Assembly: GCA_965246715.1 (NCBI GenBank)
Contig: CBDFFH010000021.1
Coordinates: forward strand, 32,001-96,000
DNA length: 64,000 bases
From: Chamaesiphon sp.
GTDB taxonomy: Bacteria; Cyanobacteriota; Cyanobacteriia; Cyanobacteriales; Chamaesiphonaceae
Reading direction: 5' to 3'
A program made the position numbers and the translations under genes. Below the pieces are notes generated by a model. That model was not told the origin of the DNA. It saw only the letters and a list, made by a program, of their open reading frames with translations, and made no database searches. Of this stretch, positions 42,324 through 51,763 are shown one piece after another. Positions within the stretch are counted from its first letter, which is position 1. Each line of letters begins with the position of its first letter.

Positions 42324-42890
42324 GATAGCTGTTAAACTTTCTCGGACTTCCATCAAAGCAAAACCTAATAGATTTAACCCTGCCCATCTGCATGGATTTT
42401 TAGCATCGGGATTGTCTGCGGCGATGCCAATGCCCCAAATCCGATCGTCGGGACTAGCTTCGACGAGAACTCGATTTTTAGTATTCAATAGAAATTCTTT
42501 AAATGGTTCGTTTTGTGAGAATTTAGCGAGATTGCCTTGCACCACGATCTCGAAGCGATGTTCTTCCCAAACTTTTTGGTCGAATCCTTTTACACCTCTA
42601 CCGATCTGTTTGGTATCTTTAGGATGTTTTGCTTTGAGAATACTTTGTTCGGCATCGCGATCGTTAAATAATCTGGCTTTAGATGCCATCATATAGTGTT
42701 CGGCAGTGGGGTAACTGATGCCATCGATCGTAAATTTCGAGCCAACCCACTGACTAAAACAACTTTTTGTAACCGAACCATCTTTACTGGGTTGATGTCC
42801 CCAAAATAGCAGGTATTCGGCTTTATTTCCCGCATCGAGATAATCGACTAAACTCTGTCTGTCCCTAATTTTTTCTACACTCATACTCAC
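42321..42890 (-). CDS. NADAR (YbiA-like) family protein
   Basis: FWGH, CFSQW, PTAEHYMMASKA, KFSQN, LVEASPDDRIWGIG, GLNLLG. Confidence 0.92.
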   Translation of the reverse strand: MSMSVEKIRDRQSLVDYLDAGNKAEYLLFWGHQPSKDGSVTKSCFSQWVGSKFTIDGISYPTAEHYMMASKARLFNDRDAEQSILKAKHPKDTKQIGRGVKGFDQKVWEEHRFEIVVQGNLAKFSQNEPFKEFLLNTKNRVLVEASPDDRIWGIGIAADNPDAKNPCRWAGLNLLGFALMEVRESLTAI

Positions 42891-42946
42891 TCAACCATTT
42901 AGATTGAGACATTCTAGCAGAACATCCCAATCTATTTTAAACCAAT

Positions 42947-44356
42947 CTAGAGTTGTTCGATTTCAGAGACTAATTTACCAACGACATCTTTGGCACTGCC
43001 AAACAGCATCCTCGTGTTATCGAGATAAAATAGCTCGTTGTCCACGCCAGCAAACCCAGTACTCATACCACGTTTGATCACGATCGTGTGTTTGGCTCGA
43101 TCGACATTGAGAATTGGCATCCCAAAAATCGGACTATTGCTATCGCTGCGCGCCGCTGGATTTACGACATCATTTGCCCCGATGACTAGCGCCACATCCA
43201 CTCGATCGAATTGCGAATTGATATCATCCATATCATAGAGCTGTGGATAGGGGACATTTGCCTCCGCCAATAACACGTTCATATGCCCCGGCATCCGCCC
43301 AGCAACGGGGTGAATTGCATATTTGACATCGACCCCCATCCCATCCAATCGATCGGCTAATTCCCGCACTGAGTGCTGCGCCTGCGCCACTGCCATTCCA
43401 TAACCAGGGACGATCACAACCGATCGAGCATAGCCCAACATCATCGCCGATTCTTCTGCGTCGATGCTACGTGCCGTACGGTCTCCCATCGATGCACCCG
43501 CGCCGCCACCGCCAGCTTTCGCCCCACCGAAGGCACCGAATAATACGCTAGCCAGCGAGCGATTCATCCCCTTACACATGATTTGGGTGAGGATGATTCC
43601 CGATGCACCGACTAAAGCCCCGGCGATAATCAAGATATTATTCATCAACACAAAGCCGGCGGCGGCGGCGGCGATGCCAGAAAAAGAGTTGAGCAGCGAG
43701 ACGACTACTGGCATATCCGCACCACCGATCGGCAGCACGAATAATATACCTAAAATTAGGGAAATTGCTGTCAATGCCAGAAATACAATTTCATCTTTTG
43801 GCTCGGTGAGAAAATACGCACTACCAACAATAAAGCTAGCAAATAACGCGATATTAATCGGCTGTTGGAGCGGAAAGGTAATTGGCGAACCCGACATCAA
43901 CTCTTGTAATTTAGCAAACGCAATCAAACTACCAGTTAGCGTAATCCCACCGATGAGAATACTTAGGATTAACGTAATTCGACTATCGATCGACGGTACT
44001 TCTACAGCTGGTTGCACCCGCAGAAACTCGGCGACAGCAATCAGTGTCGAAGCACCACCACCCAAGCCATTGAGCAAGCCTACCATCTGCGGCATGGCAG
44101 TCATTTCGACTTTATAGGCACCGACTGCGCCGATAATCGAACCGATCGCAATCCCGAGAAAAATCATCTGATAATTAACTACTGCGGCATCGAGTAATGT
44201 CCCGATTACCGCGATTAACATGCCTACCGCCGCGATCGTATTTCCTTTGCGCGCCGTCGCTGGCGAGCCGAGATATTTCAATCCGATAAAGAACAAGGCG
44301 GTAGCAACTAAATAACTTAGTTGAATCCCCGTCGGGATAAATTCAGTGATGTTCAT
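42947..44356 (-). CDS. pntB: NAD(P) transhydrogenase beta subunit
   Basis: GGADMPVV, VPGYGMAVAQAQ, HPVAGRMPGHMNV, GANDVVNP. Confidence 0.97.
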   Translation of the reverse strand: MNITEFIPTGIQLSYLVATALFFIGLKYLGSPATARKGNTIAAVGMLIAVIGTLLDAAVVNYQMIFLGIAIGSIIGAVGAYKVEMTAMPQMVGLLNGLGGGASTLIAVAEFLRVQPAVEVPSIDSRITLILSILIGGITLTGSLIAFAKLQELMSGSPITFPLQQPINIALFASFIVGSAYFLTEPKDEIVFLALTAISLILGILFVLPIGGADMPVVVSLLNSFSGIAAAAAGFVLMNNILIIAGALVGASGIILTQIMCKGMNRSLASVLFGAFGGAKAGGGGAGASMGDRTARSIDAEESAMMLGYARSVVIVPGYGMAVAQAQHSVRELADRLDGMGVDVKYAIHPVAGRMPGHMNVLLAEANVPYPQLYDMDDINSQFDRVDVALVIGANDVVNPAARSDSNSPIFGMPILNVDRAKHTIVIKRGMSTGFAGVDNELFYLDNTRMLFGSAKDVVGKLVSEIEQL

Positions 44357-44387
44357 TTGTTAGGAAATAGGGATAGATTTTTGCAAA

Positions 44388-44494
44388 TAAGTAGGTCAAT
44401 GTAAATATTCATAACATCATAAAGGCCTGAAAATTAGATGGTGGGCATTGCCCACCCTACACATTGTTTTGTATTTAATTACTGACGTTAATTA
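44388..44494. repeat. Degenerate inverted-repeat element with a GGTGGGCATTGCCCACCCTAC REP core (44440-44460)
   Basis: The REP hairpin is clear; the outer ends pair only weakly. Confidence 0.55.
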
Positions 44495-44558
44495 ATAACA
44501 AATTGAGAACGAAACCCGCTCTCTCCGCTAGAACATAATTGCAACTTATTTGCAAATA

Positions 44559-44861
44559 TTAAGTTATTTTTGATTCTTTCTTTTTGAACATTTGCAACAT
44601 GCGATCGGTGACGAGAAACCCACCGACGACATTAATTGTTGCCAACACGATTGCAATGACACCGAGGATCGTAATCAAATTACCATCGCGGCTAGTGCCG
44701 CCAGCAACTAATAACGCCCCGATTACGGCAATCCCCGAAATCGCATTAGAACCCGACATTAGGGGAGTGTGGAGTGTGGGGGGAACTTTGTTGATTACTT
44801 CGGCTCCTGCGAGTGTAGCGAGCAAGAAAATAAATAGAGCGGCAATTAGGGTGGAAGTCAT
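44559..44861 (-). CDS. pntA: NAD(P) transhydrogenase alpha subunit, membrane part
   Basis: KVPPTLHTPLMSGSNAISG, NVVGGFLVTDRML. Confidence 0.95.
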   Translation of the reverse strand: MTSTLIAALFIFLLATLAGAEVINKVPPTLHTPLMSGSNAISGIAVIGALLVAGGTSRDGNLITILGVIAIVLATINVVGGFLVTDRMLQMFKKKESKIT

Positions 44862-44958
44862 TCGATTTTGGATTTTGGATTTTGGATTAAAACTCTGTCA
44901 TCAATCCTCAATAGCAACCGATCTTGTAAGGGTGCCGATTGGGGGTGCCATTCTTTAC

Positions 44959-45139
44959 TAACCCAAGTTGCTACCTATTTCTTGCCTGCGACTGAAGTCG
45001 CGGCTAATGTTGCAAAGTCCGCCTTCTCGGACTGAATTTCTTAGTCCGCGAAGGCGGACTTTGCACTCCGTTCGCGAAGCGTCTGCCTTGCAGATACGGC
45101 GGTTTTAACCGCTGGAGTTGTAGGTAGCAACTTGGATTA
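44959..45139. mobile_element. MITE-like element with TAACCCAAGTTGCTACCTA TIRs carrying an inverted REP doublet
   Basis: 19-bp TIRs with 1 mismatch; same family at 62055-62262, solo end at 42305-42323. Confidence 0.85.
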
Positions 45140-45177
45140 ACTAAGAGCACTAACAAATATATCCGGCGGCAAATAAA

Positions 45178-46332
45178 TTACCCAACAGCCGAGGGTTGAG
45201 TGGTGCTATTCACGAAATTACGGACGCGTTCGTTACAAATCTCACCTTGATAAGTCACACAGGTACTCGCAACGATATCGTCAGCAAAATCTAAATTTAG
45301 TGCTCCGTCTTTGAGCAAAAGTAACAATAAAGTACTGATATTTTTTGCGTACAATTGACTTGCATGAATGGGCACGGTTGCAGGGAGATTTATCGTCCCG
45401 ACGATCGTCACTTGATGCCGATCGATCGATTTACCCGCTTCGGTATAGGCACAATTTCCACCCTGCTCTGCGGCCAAATCGACGATGACCGAGCCGGGAC
45501 GCATCTGCGACACCATTTCTGCCGTTACTAACTGGGGCGCTGTCTTCCCGGGCACCTGTGCCGTCGTAATCACCACATCTGCCGTGCTCACGTGTTGGGC
45601 GATCGTTTTTTGGGTTAATTCCGTCGCTGATTGGGATACTTCCTTCGCGTAGCCATTTTCACCCACGGTATCCTCAGTTAAGGGCACCTCGACAAACTTC
45701 GCCCCCAAGCTTTGAACTTCTTCTTTCACCGCTGGACGAATATCAAACGCTTCGACAATTGCCCCCAATCGTCTCGCTGTCGCGATCGCTTGTAAGCCAG
45801 CTACCCCAACCCCAATGACAAATACCTTTGCTGGCGCGATCGTGCCTGCTGCTGTGGTTAACATCGGAAAGTACTTTGGCAACGTCGCCGCCGCCAATAA
45901 CACCGCCTTGTAGCCTGCGATCGAAGCTTGGGATGAGAGTGCATCCATACTTTGAGCGCGCGTGCTGCGCGGAATTAATTCCATTGCCAAACTTGTGATG
46001 CCTTGTCGAGCGAGCTGAGCGATTAATTGCTCGTTGGCGAGGGGTGTCAGGCAACTAATCAACACGGCACCCGATCGCAATTTACCAGCTTCTTCGAGAG
46101 TTGGCACGCCAACTTTCAAAACAATATCGGCTTCGCGCCACAGCTTGTCGGTGTCGTCGCTCACCTGTGCCCCTGCTTGGATATAAGCCTCATCACTCCA
46201 AAAAGACTTTTCTCCAGCCCCCGTTTCGATCCAAATTTCCAAGCCCTGTTTGACTAACCGCGCTACAACATCAGGGATCAGCGCGACCCGCTGTTCGCTA
46301 CGAGCGATCTCTTTAACAACTACAATTTTCAT
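45178..46332 (-). CDS. pntA: NAD(P) transhydrogenase alpha subunit, soluble NAD-binding part
   Basis: RAQSMDALSSQA, TAAGT, GVGVAGLQA, DLAAEQGGNC. Confidence 0.95.
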   Translation of the reverse strand: MKIVVVKEIARSEQRVALIPDVVARLVKQGLEIWIETGAGEKSFWSDEAYIQAGAQVSDDTDKLWREADIVLKVGVPTLEEAGKLRSGAVLISCLTPLANEQLIAQLARQGITSLAMELIPRSTRAQSMDALSSQASIAGYKAVLLAAATLPKYFPMLTTAAGTIAPAKVFVIGVGVAGLQAIATARRLGAIVEAFDIRPAVKEEVQSLGAKFVEVPLTEDTVGENGYAKEVSQSATELTQKTIAQHVSTADVVITTAQVPGKTAPQLVTAEMVSQMRPGSVIVDLAAEQGGNCAYTEAGKSIDRHQVTIVGTINLPATVPIHASQLYAKNISTLLLLLLKDGALNLDFADDIVASTCVTYQGEICNERVRNFVNSTTQPSAVG

Positions 46333-47044
46333 GCCAAACTCCGTAAAGTATCGTGGTGGAAAAGATTGGGACTGACAGTAAAGATTTCATCCAAATCTTA
46401 AGAATGAAGTCGAGCTGGTAGATATCGCTACATGTTCTTTAGACCGAAATACTACCGATTGCCGATCGAGGATGTCGCTCTGATGAATTGTCTTCTCCTC
46501 TGCAAAAATGTCAAGATTCCCATAAATTGTGCCGTACGTAACAGAAGTTAGTTTGATTTACTTCTTTAATTAGGTGCGAGTTTTTATTCGCTAATAGAAA
46601 TTTAAGATTTGAATTTAAGATTCCTGACAAAGCTAGCAACTACAGATTGCTAGTTTGAGTCGCAATCTTCGCATTCTGACGAGCGATGGAAGAAATGCTT
46701 GCCAACACTACTAGACGCAAAATTTTTGGGCGATCGCTCGATAAATCGGGATATTAGCATAGTCAATCCTGAAGATCGGCTAAATTGCGGAATAATTTAC
46801 ATAGTTGCTGTCGTTGGCATAGCCTACCGGAGGTAATTGCCCGCGAACATCCCTGACCGATGGGCTAGATCGATTAAGATTAAGTCACACGCAGCGATCG
46901 CTGCTACTAATCATCGCAGTCTGACCTCTAAATTAGTCTAATTTCATCCTGAAATTGATAAATATTGGTCAATTAATCTTAAATTAATAGTAAATTTAAG
47001 TAACGGATTATTAATGCGTGGGACTTTAAAGAGAGGAGTTAAAG

Positions 47045-47575
47045 ATGTCTAACAGTCAGATCGCTCGCAAATTATTACCATTTCTAGCCATCACCAGTTA
47101 TCTGGTAGCAGCTATTCCTACCTTAGTCAGAGCAGACAGCTTACCTGGATTTACACTCTTTAGTGGTGTCGATCCGGCCAACCAACTCAGCTATAGGTTA
47201 GATTCTGGCAATCGGAGCGTTTCCGATCGCTATCGATTAAGAATTCCTGGCTCAAAAATTAATTCACTCGGTGCTGCCCAAATTCAGATCGTCTACCCTG
47301 ACTACTACAAAGGGAAGTTTGACGACCAAAAAGTTGAGGTATTCGTTGATGACAAATTGATTCCCCTGCAATCTACCACATGGAATCGCGAACAGCGGAC
47401 GCTCGAAATCAACCTCGCGCAACAACTCAAGACGAAGAGCGAGATCGAAGTCGTACTCAGTAACGTCCAAAATCCTGATGGAATTGGGACATTTTATTTC
47501 GATTGCTTAGTAAAAAGTAGTGTTGACTTTCCGATCGCGCGTAAAATCGGCACTTGGATTCTGAGTATCGATTAG
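47045..47575 (+). CDS. DUF2808 family secreted protein
   Basis: Signal peptide, LPGFTLFSG, DRYRLRIP, VQNP...IGTWILSI; RBS GAGGAG upstream. Confidence 0.8.
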   Translation: MSNSQIARKLLPFLAITSYLVAAIPTLVRADSLPGFTLFSGVDPANQLSYRLDSGNRSVSDRYRLRIPGSKINSLGAAQIQIVYPDYYKGKFDDQKVEVFVDDKLIPLQSTTWNREQRTLEINLAQQLKTKSEIEVVLSNVQNPDGIGTFYFDCLVKSSVDFPIARKIGTWILSID

Positions 47576-47617
47576 ACAAAACTTACCTCAGGTAAAATTC
47601 AGTACTCGCGATCCAGC

Positions 47618-47652
47618 AATGGCGCAGACAGTCCATGTCTGCGCCATTTTTT
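47618..47652 (+). terminator. Intrinsic terminator
   Basis: AATGGCGCAGACA-gtcca-TGTCTGCGCCATT + TTTT. Confidence 0.75.
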
Positions 47653-48037
47653 CATGCTCAGTCATCCTCACCCGCGCCACCGTCACGAGCGAATTTCCAA
47701 ATCATTCCGGTTTTAACCAATCTGCACTTGTAAAAGAAACCAGGTGAGTATTGACGGATCTGTCTCGAAAGGTGGGAATGCTAGGGGTAACGGTACATGC
47801 CAATCGCTGAATCCGCTGACTGCGGCGATATCGGCGATCTGCCTGAGCGAACACCGAGCGAACGATTTAGAAGCGTGTACTCTGCTGACACACATTAGAT
47901 CCTGACTTACGTTACTGCAAAAATTTGACTGCGAGCTAAATCTAGCTACTTTAGCCAGCTTGTAAGTCTTTATCTGGCAGTAGTAAGTGCTAATTTTTTA
48001 AAACTTAAATCTTGTTGAGTACATTTGAGAACAGTCT

Positions 48038-49315
48038 ATGCCCCTTAAATCTTTATCTAAATCAGCAGAGTACGATGAATCCACCCCCGAGTTGGATCTT
48101 AATGGCATAGAGATGGATGAGGAGAGCTTGCGTGTCTCGCTCCCCGAATTATTTGAATCGGATGAAGCTGATTTGGATAGTACGGCGGTTCCGGCTGCGG
48201 CGAAGAACATCTACTATAGCAAGGATTTAGTTCGGTTATATCTCCAAGAAATCGGGAAAGTCCGTCTCCTGCTGCGAGATGAAGAAATTTCCGAAGCTCA
48301 AGTCGTGCGGCGGTATGTCCAACTACTCGAATTGCGGACGGAAGCCGCAGAGCAAGCCAAATCCGATGCCAGCGAAGATCTCTCCATTTTGCAATATGTC
48401 GAAGCGATCGAAATACACGATCGATTGACAGCACAATTAGGGCATCGTCCTTCGCTCGAACGCTGGGCGAAGACCGTCGGCATCTCGCTAGCCGAACTCA
48501 AGCCCAGACTCGCTACTGGCAAGCAACGCTGGGCAGAATTAGCCCAGGTAACTGTGGCCGAACTCGATGCCATTCAGTTGGCGGGTACTCGTGCCAAGGA
48601 GCACATGATCAAGGCTAATCTCCGCCTCGTCGTCTCTGTTGCCAAAAAATATCAAAATCGCGGCTTGGAACTGTTAGATTTAATCCAAGAAGGGACGATG
48701 GGTTTGGAACGAGCGGTCGATAAATTCGATCCGACCAAAGGTTATCGGTTTAGCACCTATGCTTACTGGTGGATTCGGCAAGGGATTACCCGCGCGATTG
48801 CCACTCAAAGTCGGAATATTCGTCTCCCCGTCCACATTACCGAAAAACTCAATAAGATCAAAAAAGTCCAACGCGAGCTGAGTTTGCAAACTGGTAGACC
48901 GCCAAAATTGGAGGATGTCGCCAAGGCACTAGATATGACGTTGCCGCAACTCCAAGAAGTCTTGATGCGCGTACCCCGATCGGTATCATTGGATGTGAAA
49001 GTGGGTAAGGATCGGGATACAGAATTAGGCGATTTGCTCGAAGCCGAAGAAGCTTCGCCCGAGCAACTATTGATGCGCGAGTCGCTTCAGGGCGAACTGG
49101 TGCAATTACTGGCCGATTTGACCGATCGAGAACGCGAGGTGATCTGCCTACGCTTCGGGTTAGGCTACAATCACGCTCACTCGTTGGCAGATATCGGACG
49201 AGTACTCGAACTCTCCCGCGAACGCGTTCGCCAGATCGAATCGAAAGCCTTACAAAAGCTCCGCCAACCAAAACGCCGCAACCGCGTCCGGGATTACTTA
49301 GAATCAATGAATTAA
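48038..49315 (+). CDS. sigC: Group 2 sigma-70 factor, SigC-like
   Basis: DLVRLYLQEIG, ANLRLVVSVAKKY, DLIQEG, FSTYAYWWIRQ, RERVRQIE; cyanobacterial insert RPSLERWA. Confidence 0.8.
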   Translation: MPLKSLSKSAEYDESTPELDLNGIEMDEESLRVSLPELFESDEADLDSTAVPAAAKNIYYSKDLVRLYLQEIGKVRLLLRDEEISEAQVVRRYVQLLELRTEAAEQAKSDASEDLSILQYVEAIEIHDRLTAQLGHRPSLERWAKTVGISLAELKPRLATGKQRWAELAQVTVAELDAIQLAGTRAKEHMIKANLRLVVSVAKKYQNRGLELLDLIQEGTMGLERAVDKFDPTKGYRFSTYAYWWIRQGITRAIATQSRNIRLPVHITEKLNKIKKVQRELSLQTGRPPKLEDVAKALDMTLPQLQEVLMRVPRSVSLDVKVGKDRDTELGDLLEAEEASPEQLLMRESLQGELVQLLADLTDREREVICLRFGLGYNHAHSLADIGRVLELSRERVRQIESKALQKLRQPKRRNRVRDYLESMN

Positions 49316-49328
49316 GCTAGATCTACGC

Positions 49329-49431
49329 CAGTACTTCTCGATTAAGAACTGCTAGCGACTGAAGTCGCTGCTAGTGAAGCCTAGTCCGCGTAGGCGGACT
49401 AACTAGTTTTTAGATTAACCGAGAAGTATTG
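49329..49431. mobile_element. 103-bp MITE-like element with CAGTACTTCTCGATTAA/TTAACCGAGAAGTATTG TIRs, REP cargo and a ~10-bp flanking duplication
   Basis: AGATCTACGC (49319-49328) versus AGATCTACCC (49432-49441); internal AGTCCGCGTAGGCGGACT. Confidence 0.75.
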
Positions 49432-49635
49432 AGATCTACCCCTCCATACCAGTTGAATTTTCATAATGAGAATTGCTGTAATAACAGTCGATCGCGATCG
49501 GATCGTGTTGGATGATGCAATATGCTGCATTAGCGAGTTTGTTGGTAAGAAGTTCGATTGATAGTAAGATCGAGCTGGATCGAAACAATCAGATATAACT
49601 CCTCATTCATAATTCCGCGTAGCGGTAGACATTTC

Positions 49636-51045
49636 ATGAAGCGTCGCCAATTTCTGCAATATAGCACTCTCGCCGCAGCAGGTTTGACCTTTGCCGCTTG
49701 TACCAGTCAAGGGAGTAAACATTTTACCCAGCCGCCAGCCAACTTTGGCAAATTAGAAAAGACCGATCTGACGATCGGAATCGTTTCTGGTTTGGATTGT
49801 CTGCCGTTGGTGATTGCCAAAGAAAAAGGGATGTTCAAAAAATATGGCTTGAACGTCAATCTAGTCAAACAACCAACCTGGGACAAAACCCAATCCGAGC
49901 TACATGCTGGCAAGCTAGATGCAACGCAGAGCCTATTTGCCATGCCGCTATGGGAATATTTCGATAATAGTAAAGGTCGAAAATCGGCAGATTCAGAGGA
50001 TGATTCGACTCGCAGCAGACGACGCAGACGACGCGATTCAGATACTAATAAAAATAAAGATGGTGCGGTTACGGTTGCATTGATGGGTTTGAATCTCAAT
50101 GGTAATAGTATCAGCCTGAATGAAGCAGCTTGGAAATCCGGACTCCGACCGCTGCAAGCTTATAATAGTGTCCAAGAATTCAAGGATGGCTATAACAAAT
50201 TTTTCCGAGAAATGAAGCAAATACCCGGATTTGCAATCCCACATCCAGCGGCAATGGCCAATTATACTACCAGATATTGGTTGGGGACGATGGGAATCGA
50301 TGCCGAGCGAGATCTAAAATTTCAGGTGATGACTCCCGATGCAATTATCGCTGGGTTAGATAGTGGCAAAGTTATCGGTTACGCCAATGACGAACTCTTC
50401 AATCAACAAACAATCGCTAATAAAAAAGCATTTACTGCTTATCTCGATCGCGATATCTGGCACGGACACCCCGAAAAAATTCTCGCCACGCTCGATACTT
50501 GGCTCAAAGATAATCCCAATACTGCTAGAGCGATGATGGCAGCAGTCTTAGAATCTTGTCAATTTTGCGAGAACGAACAAAATGTTGCCACACTCGCACC
50601 GATTTTAGGTAAGTCTGAGTATACTGACGCTGGTACTAATAAAGATTGGCAAAAAATTCTTGCTGGTAGTTATAACTATGGTGGCTTCGATAAAAAACCG
50701 CAAGTCGTCCAAGTTCCTGATTTTCAAATCTTTCACTTTCAATCGACTAATTATCTCCAGCAACCCAATCACGCCAATTTCCTCTGGCATTCGCATGCTG
50801 TCTGGGTGCTGACGCAGATGGTACGATGGAATCAGCAAGGTTTGGGCAGTTATCCCAAGAATGCGAATGAAGCGATCGATAAACTCTATCCCACGACGGC
50901 TTATGCTGATGTTGCCAAAGCTTTTTGGTTGAATATGCCCAAGGGACAACTTAAAATCGAACAACCAGAGATGTTTATCGATCGCATTGCTTTCGATCCG
51001 AATAAACCGCTAGAGTATCTTAATGGTTTTGAATTACGGGCTTGA
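49636..51045 (+). CDS. CmpA/NrtA-family ABC substrate-binding lipoprotein (Tat signal), orphan
   Basis: MKRRQFL...FAAC; PLVIAKEKGMFKKYGL, LNLNGN, RYWL, IWHGHPEK, WVLTQMVRW, FDPNKP. Confidence 0.88.
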   Translation: MKRRQFLQYSTLAAAGLTFAACTSQGSKHFTQPPANFGKLEKTDLTIGIVSGLDCLPLVIAKEKGMFKKYGLNVNLVKQPTWDKTQSELHAGKLDATQSLFAMPLWEYFDNSKGRKSADSEDDSTRSRRRRRRDSDTNKNKDGAVTVALMGLNLNGNSISLNEAAWKSGLRPLQAYNSVQEFKDGYNKFFREMKQIPGFAIPHPAAMANYTTRYWLGTMGIDAERDLKFQVMTPDAIIAGLDSGKVIGYANDELFNQQTIANKKAFTAYLDRDIWHGHPEKILATLDTWLKDNPNTARAMMAAVLESCQFCENEQNVATLAPILGKSEYTDAGTNKDWQKILAGSYNYGGFDKKPQVVQVPDFQIFHFQSTNYLQQPNHANFLWHSHAVWVLTQMVRWNQQGLGSYPKNANEAIDKLYPTTAYADVAKAFWLNMPKGQLKIEQPEMFIDRIAFDPNKPLEYLNGFELRA

Positions 51046-51080
51046 TTCAGAAAAATTAAGGGGTTTGATCGACTGATATT

Positions 51081-51108
51081 TGGCAGCGCGCTATGTTGCG
51101 CGCTGCCA
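51081..51108. terminator. Hairpin between convergent genes
   Basis: TGGCAGCGCGC-tatgtt-GCGCGCTGCCA. Confidence 0.6.
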
Positions 51109-51160
51109 TTCTTTCTAGATCGCCGCGATCGTTTACGAGCGATCGACAATCATAAAAACA

Positions 51161-51748
51161 TTAGACGATCGATTCATCACTATTAAAGGTAATTCCTTCA
51201 AATACTCGATCGATTGGAAAGGTCAAATTAATACTTTCTAGCTCGATGGCATCTCCAGCCACATAATTACTAATTCCCCATCGATCGCGATCGTTCTTGT
51301 GATAAAGATCGATCTCAATTTTATTAGCATTAACTAACACATAATCTCGTAGATTACTAGAGCGTCGATAGAGTCTAAATTTTCCGCCTCTGTCATAGGC
51401 TTCGGTGCTGGGAGATAAAACTTCGATAATCAGGCAAGGGTAGCTGATAAACTTAGTCGCAGCGCGATCGAGTTCATTACAAGTAACACTAACATCGGGA
51501 TAAACATAGTCATTAGATTCCTGAATCCCTACTTTGACATCAGAAGTTAGCACCCGATATCCTCCACCATGCAGATGACTCCCTAGCAGGATGATAAGAT
51601 TTGCCGCAATCTGTCCGTGATTGACGGTTCCTCCTGTCATCGCATAGACTTCGCCATCGAGATATTCATGACGCAACTCTTGTTGCTCCTCCCAGGCAAA
51701 ATATTCATTGGGTGTAAATCTTGGAGAATTTTGGTATGCAGCAACCAT
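51161..51748 (-). CDS. Uma2 family (DUF820) putative endonuclease
   Basis: RHEYLDGEVYAMTGG, YPDVSV, IEVLSPST, DRGGKF. Confidence 0.92.
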   Translation of the reverse strand: MVAAYQNSPRFTPNEYFAWEEQQELRHEYLDGEVYAMTGGTVNHGQIAANLIILLGSHLHGGGYRVLTSDVKVGIQESNDYVYPDVSVTCNELDRAATKFISYPCLIIEVLSPSTEAYDRGGKFRLYRRSSNLRDYVLVNANKIEIDLYHKNDRDRWGISNYVAGDAIELESINLTFPIDRVFEGITFNSDESIV

Positions 51749-51763
51749 TAGTTATTATCTTGT

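Noticed and set aside
43464..44117. 217-aa plus-strand ORF and similar long antisense ORFs (5632, 40388, 57727)
   Set aside because: Antisense shadows of well-supported genes.
47700..48000. Possible ncRNA or small ORFs upstream of sigC
   Set aside because: No recognisable RNA family motif or convincing coding signal; most likely a long promoter/5' UTR.
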